DNA of 27,582 bases, taken from positions 1 to 27,582 of the forward strand of contig JAISMZ010000027.1 of the NCBI GenBank assembly GCA_031276475.1, read 5' to 3'. Shown one piece after another: positions 26,667-27,582 of this stretch; the stretch's first letter is position 1, and every line of letters starts with the position of its first letter. Position numbers and translations under genes: made by a program. The stretch comes from Coriobacteriales bacterium (GTDB taxonomy: Bacteria > Actinomycetota > Coriobacteriia > Coriobacteriales > UBA8131). Below the pieces are notes generated by a model. That model was given only the letters and a program-made list of their open reading frames with translations, ran no database searches and was not told the DNA's origin.

Positions 26667-27582
26667 CTAAAATAGCTCCCCAAGATCCTCAACGCGCAGA
26701 AAATCCTGCCAGCGCAGGCCGCTGTCGCCAATCAACAGGGTCTTGGCATCGGGGAAGTGCTTCCTGAATGCCGCAAGGTTCTCGGGCGCGGGGTCGCTGA
26801 GCCTGCTCTTGACCTCGATGGCCAACGTCTGTTCGGCCAGTTGGACGACAAAATCCACCTCCAGATCGGCCTTACGCCAGTAAAAAAGCCTGCCCAGTGA
26901 GTTCTTGCCCACCAGGTTCAGCAGCCTGGCACCAACAGCGCTCTCCACCACCCTGCCCCAGTAGGCAAAGTCGGCCTGCGCCTGCTCAAAGGTCAGCAGC
27001 CGCAAAGAGGACAGCAGCGCCGGGTCAAAGACCTGGAACTTTGGACTGCTCGCCTTGGTCTTAATTACCTTGTTGCTGTACTCCTCAAGACCCGCCACCA
27101 ACGACTCCTGTCTTAATAGCTCGGCATAAATAGCCAAGGTGGAGGAGTTCCCCGCCTCCTGGAGTTGCCCGAGTATCTTGTTATAGGATAATATCTGGCC
27201 GCTGTACGCCGATCCCAGCTCAAAGAGCTGGCGCAGCAGGGCCGGTTTATTGACCTGCGTCAGCATCAGGATGTCCCTGCTGATGCTCGGCTCGACGATG
27301 GCATCCCTGACGTAGTCCTTGAACAGGCTCTCTTCTTTGATGAACTGGATGGCCCGAGGGTATCCACCAAACCAGACGTATTGTTCCGGACTCAGATTAA
27401 ATGCAGCGTGCATCTCCTCGTATGACCATTGCCCGACGTAATGGAGGAAGAAGCGGCCGGTCAGCGATTCGCTGAGGCCTTTTTGGAGCAACAGGCGCGA
27501 TGAGCCGAGAATTATCACTTTCAGGTTGAGGCCATCCCAGTCGTCCCTGTCCCAGTTCTTTTTTACCGCCTGACTCCAATCA
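26667..27582 (-). CDS. AAA_14/DUF4143-type ATP-binding protein, 3' part (open through the right edge)
   Basis: Frame is open from 27581: DWSQAVKK.WD..., IILGSS, ESLTGRF, FGGYP, SPKFQVFDPAL, GRVVESAVG and EVDFVV...AIEVKS. Confidence 0.88.
   Translation of the reverse strand, partial: DWSQAVKKNWDRDDWDGLNLKVIILGSSRLLLQKGLSESLTGRFFLHYVGQWSYEEMHAAFNLSPEQYVWFGGYPRAIQFIKEESLFKDYVRDAIVEPSISRDILMLTQVNKPALLRQLFELGSAYSGQILSYNKILGQLQEAGNSSTLAIYAELLRQESLVAGLEEYSNKVIKTKASSPKFQVFDPALLSSLRLLTFEQAQADFAYWGRVVESAVGARLLNLVGKNSLGRLFYWRKADLEVDFVVQLAEQTLAIEVKSRLSDPAPENLAAFRKHFPDAKTLLIGDSGLRWQDFLRVEDLGELF

Noticed and set aside
26571-26669. Programmed amber read-through (e.g. pyrrolysine) producing an ATPase-HigB fusion
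   Set aside because: There is no PYLIS-like signal or pyl gene in view, and the remnant lacks most of the RelE fold. The in-frame position has a 1-in-3 chance.

Overview
A GC-rich chromosomal window (about 60-70% GC in hand-counted sample lines). It is probably from an anaerobic Coriobacteriia-like actinobacterium; this is an inference from gene content, AGAAAGG-type RBSs, a CGAAC-N4-GTTCG LexA box and a superoxide reductase. Bases 1-15.9 kb are a minus-strand housekeeping run: rsmD, coaD, csp, queH, queA, tgt, secD, secF, a recJ::helicase fusion, rel, an MBL hydrolase, nadE and a partial EamA transporter. It diverges from a LexA-boxed, apparently leaderless ruvCAB operon. Bases 18.9-27.6 kb are accessory: a 1Fe superoxide reductase, a cobalamin-riboswitch-led pair of genes (a 296-aa protein and a 1826-aa membrane-anchored surface protein with two DUF4430-like domains and a transcobalamin-like alpha barrel, with no transporter in the locus), an orphan higA with a higB remnant, and a partial AAA/DUF4143 ATPase. 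The most unusual signals are: (i) related GGGACGGTTC-core palindromic elements sitting in-frame inside three protein-coding genes (queA, queH, EamA); (ii) an IS5-like MITE inserted at the secF stop codon that appears to supply the recJ start codon; (iii) the stand-alone B12-regulated surface capture locus with a low-GC N-terminal half; (iv) a NadE glutaminase domain lacking its catalytic triad. No rRNA, tRNA or CRISPR array was seen.
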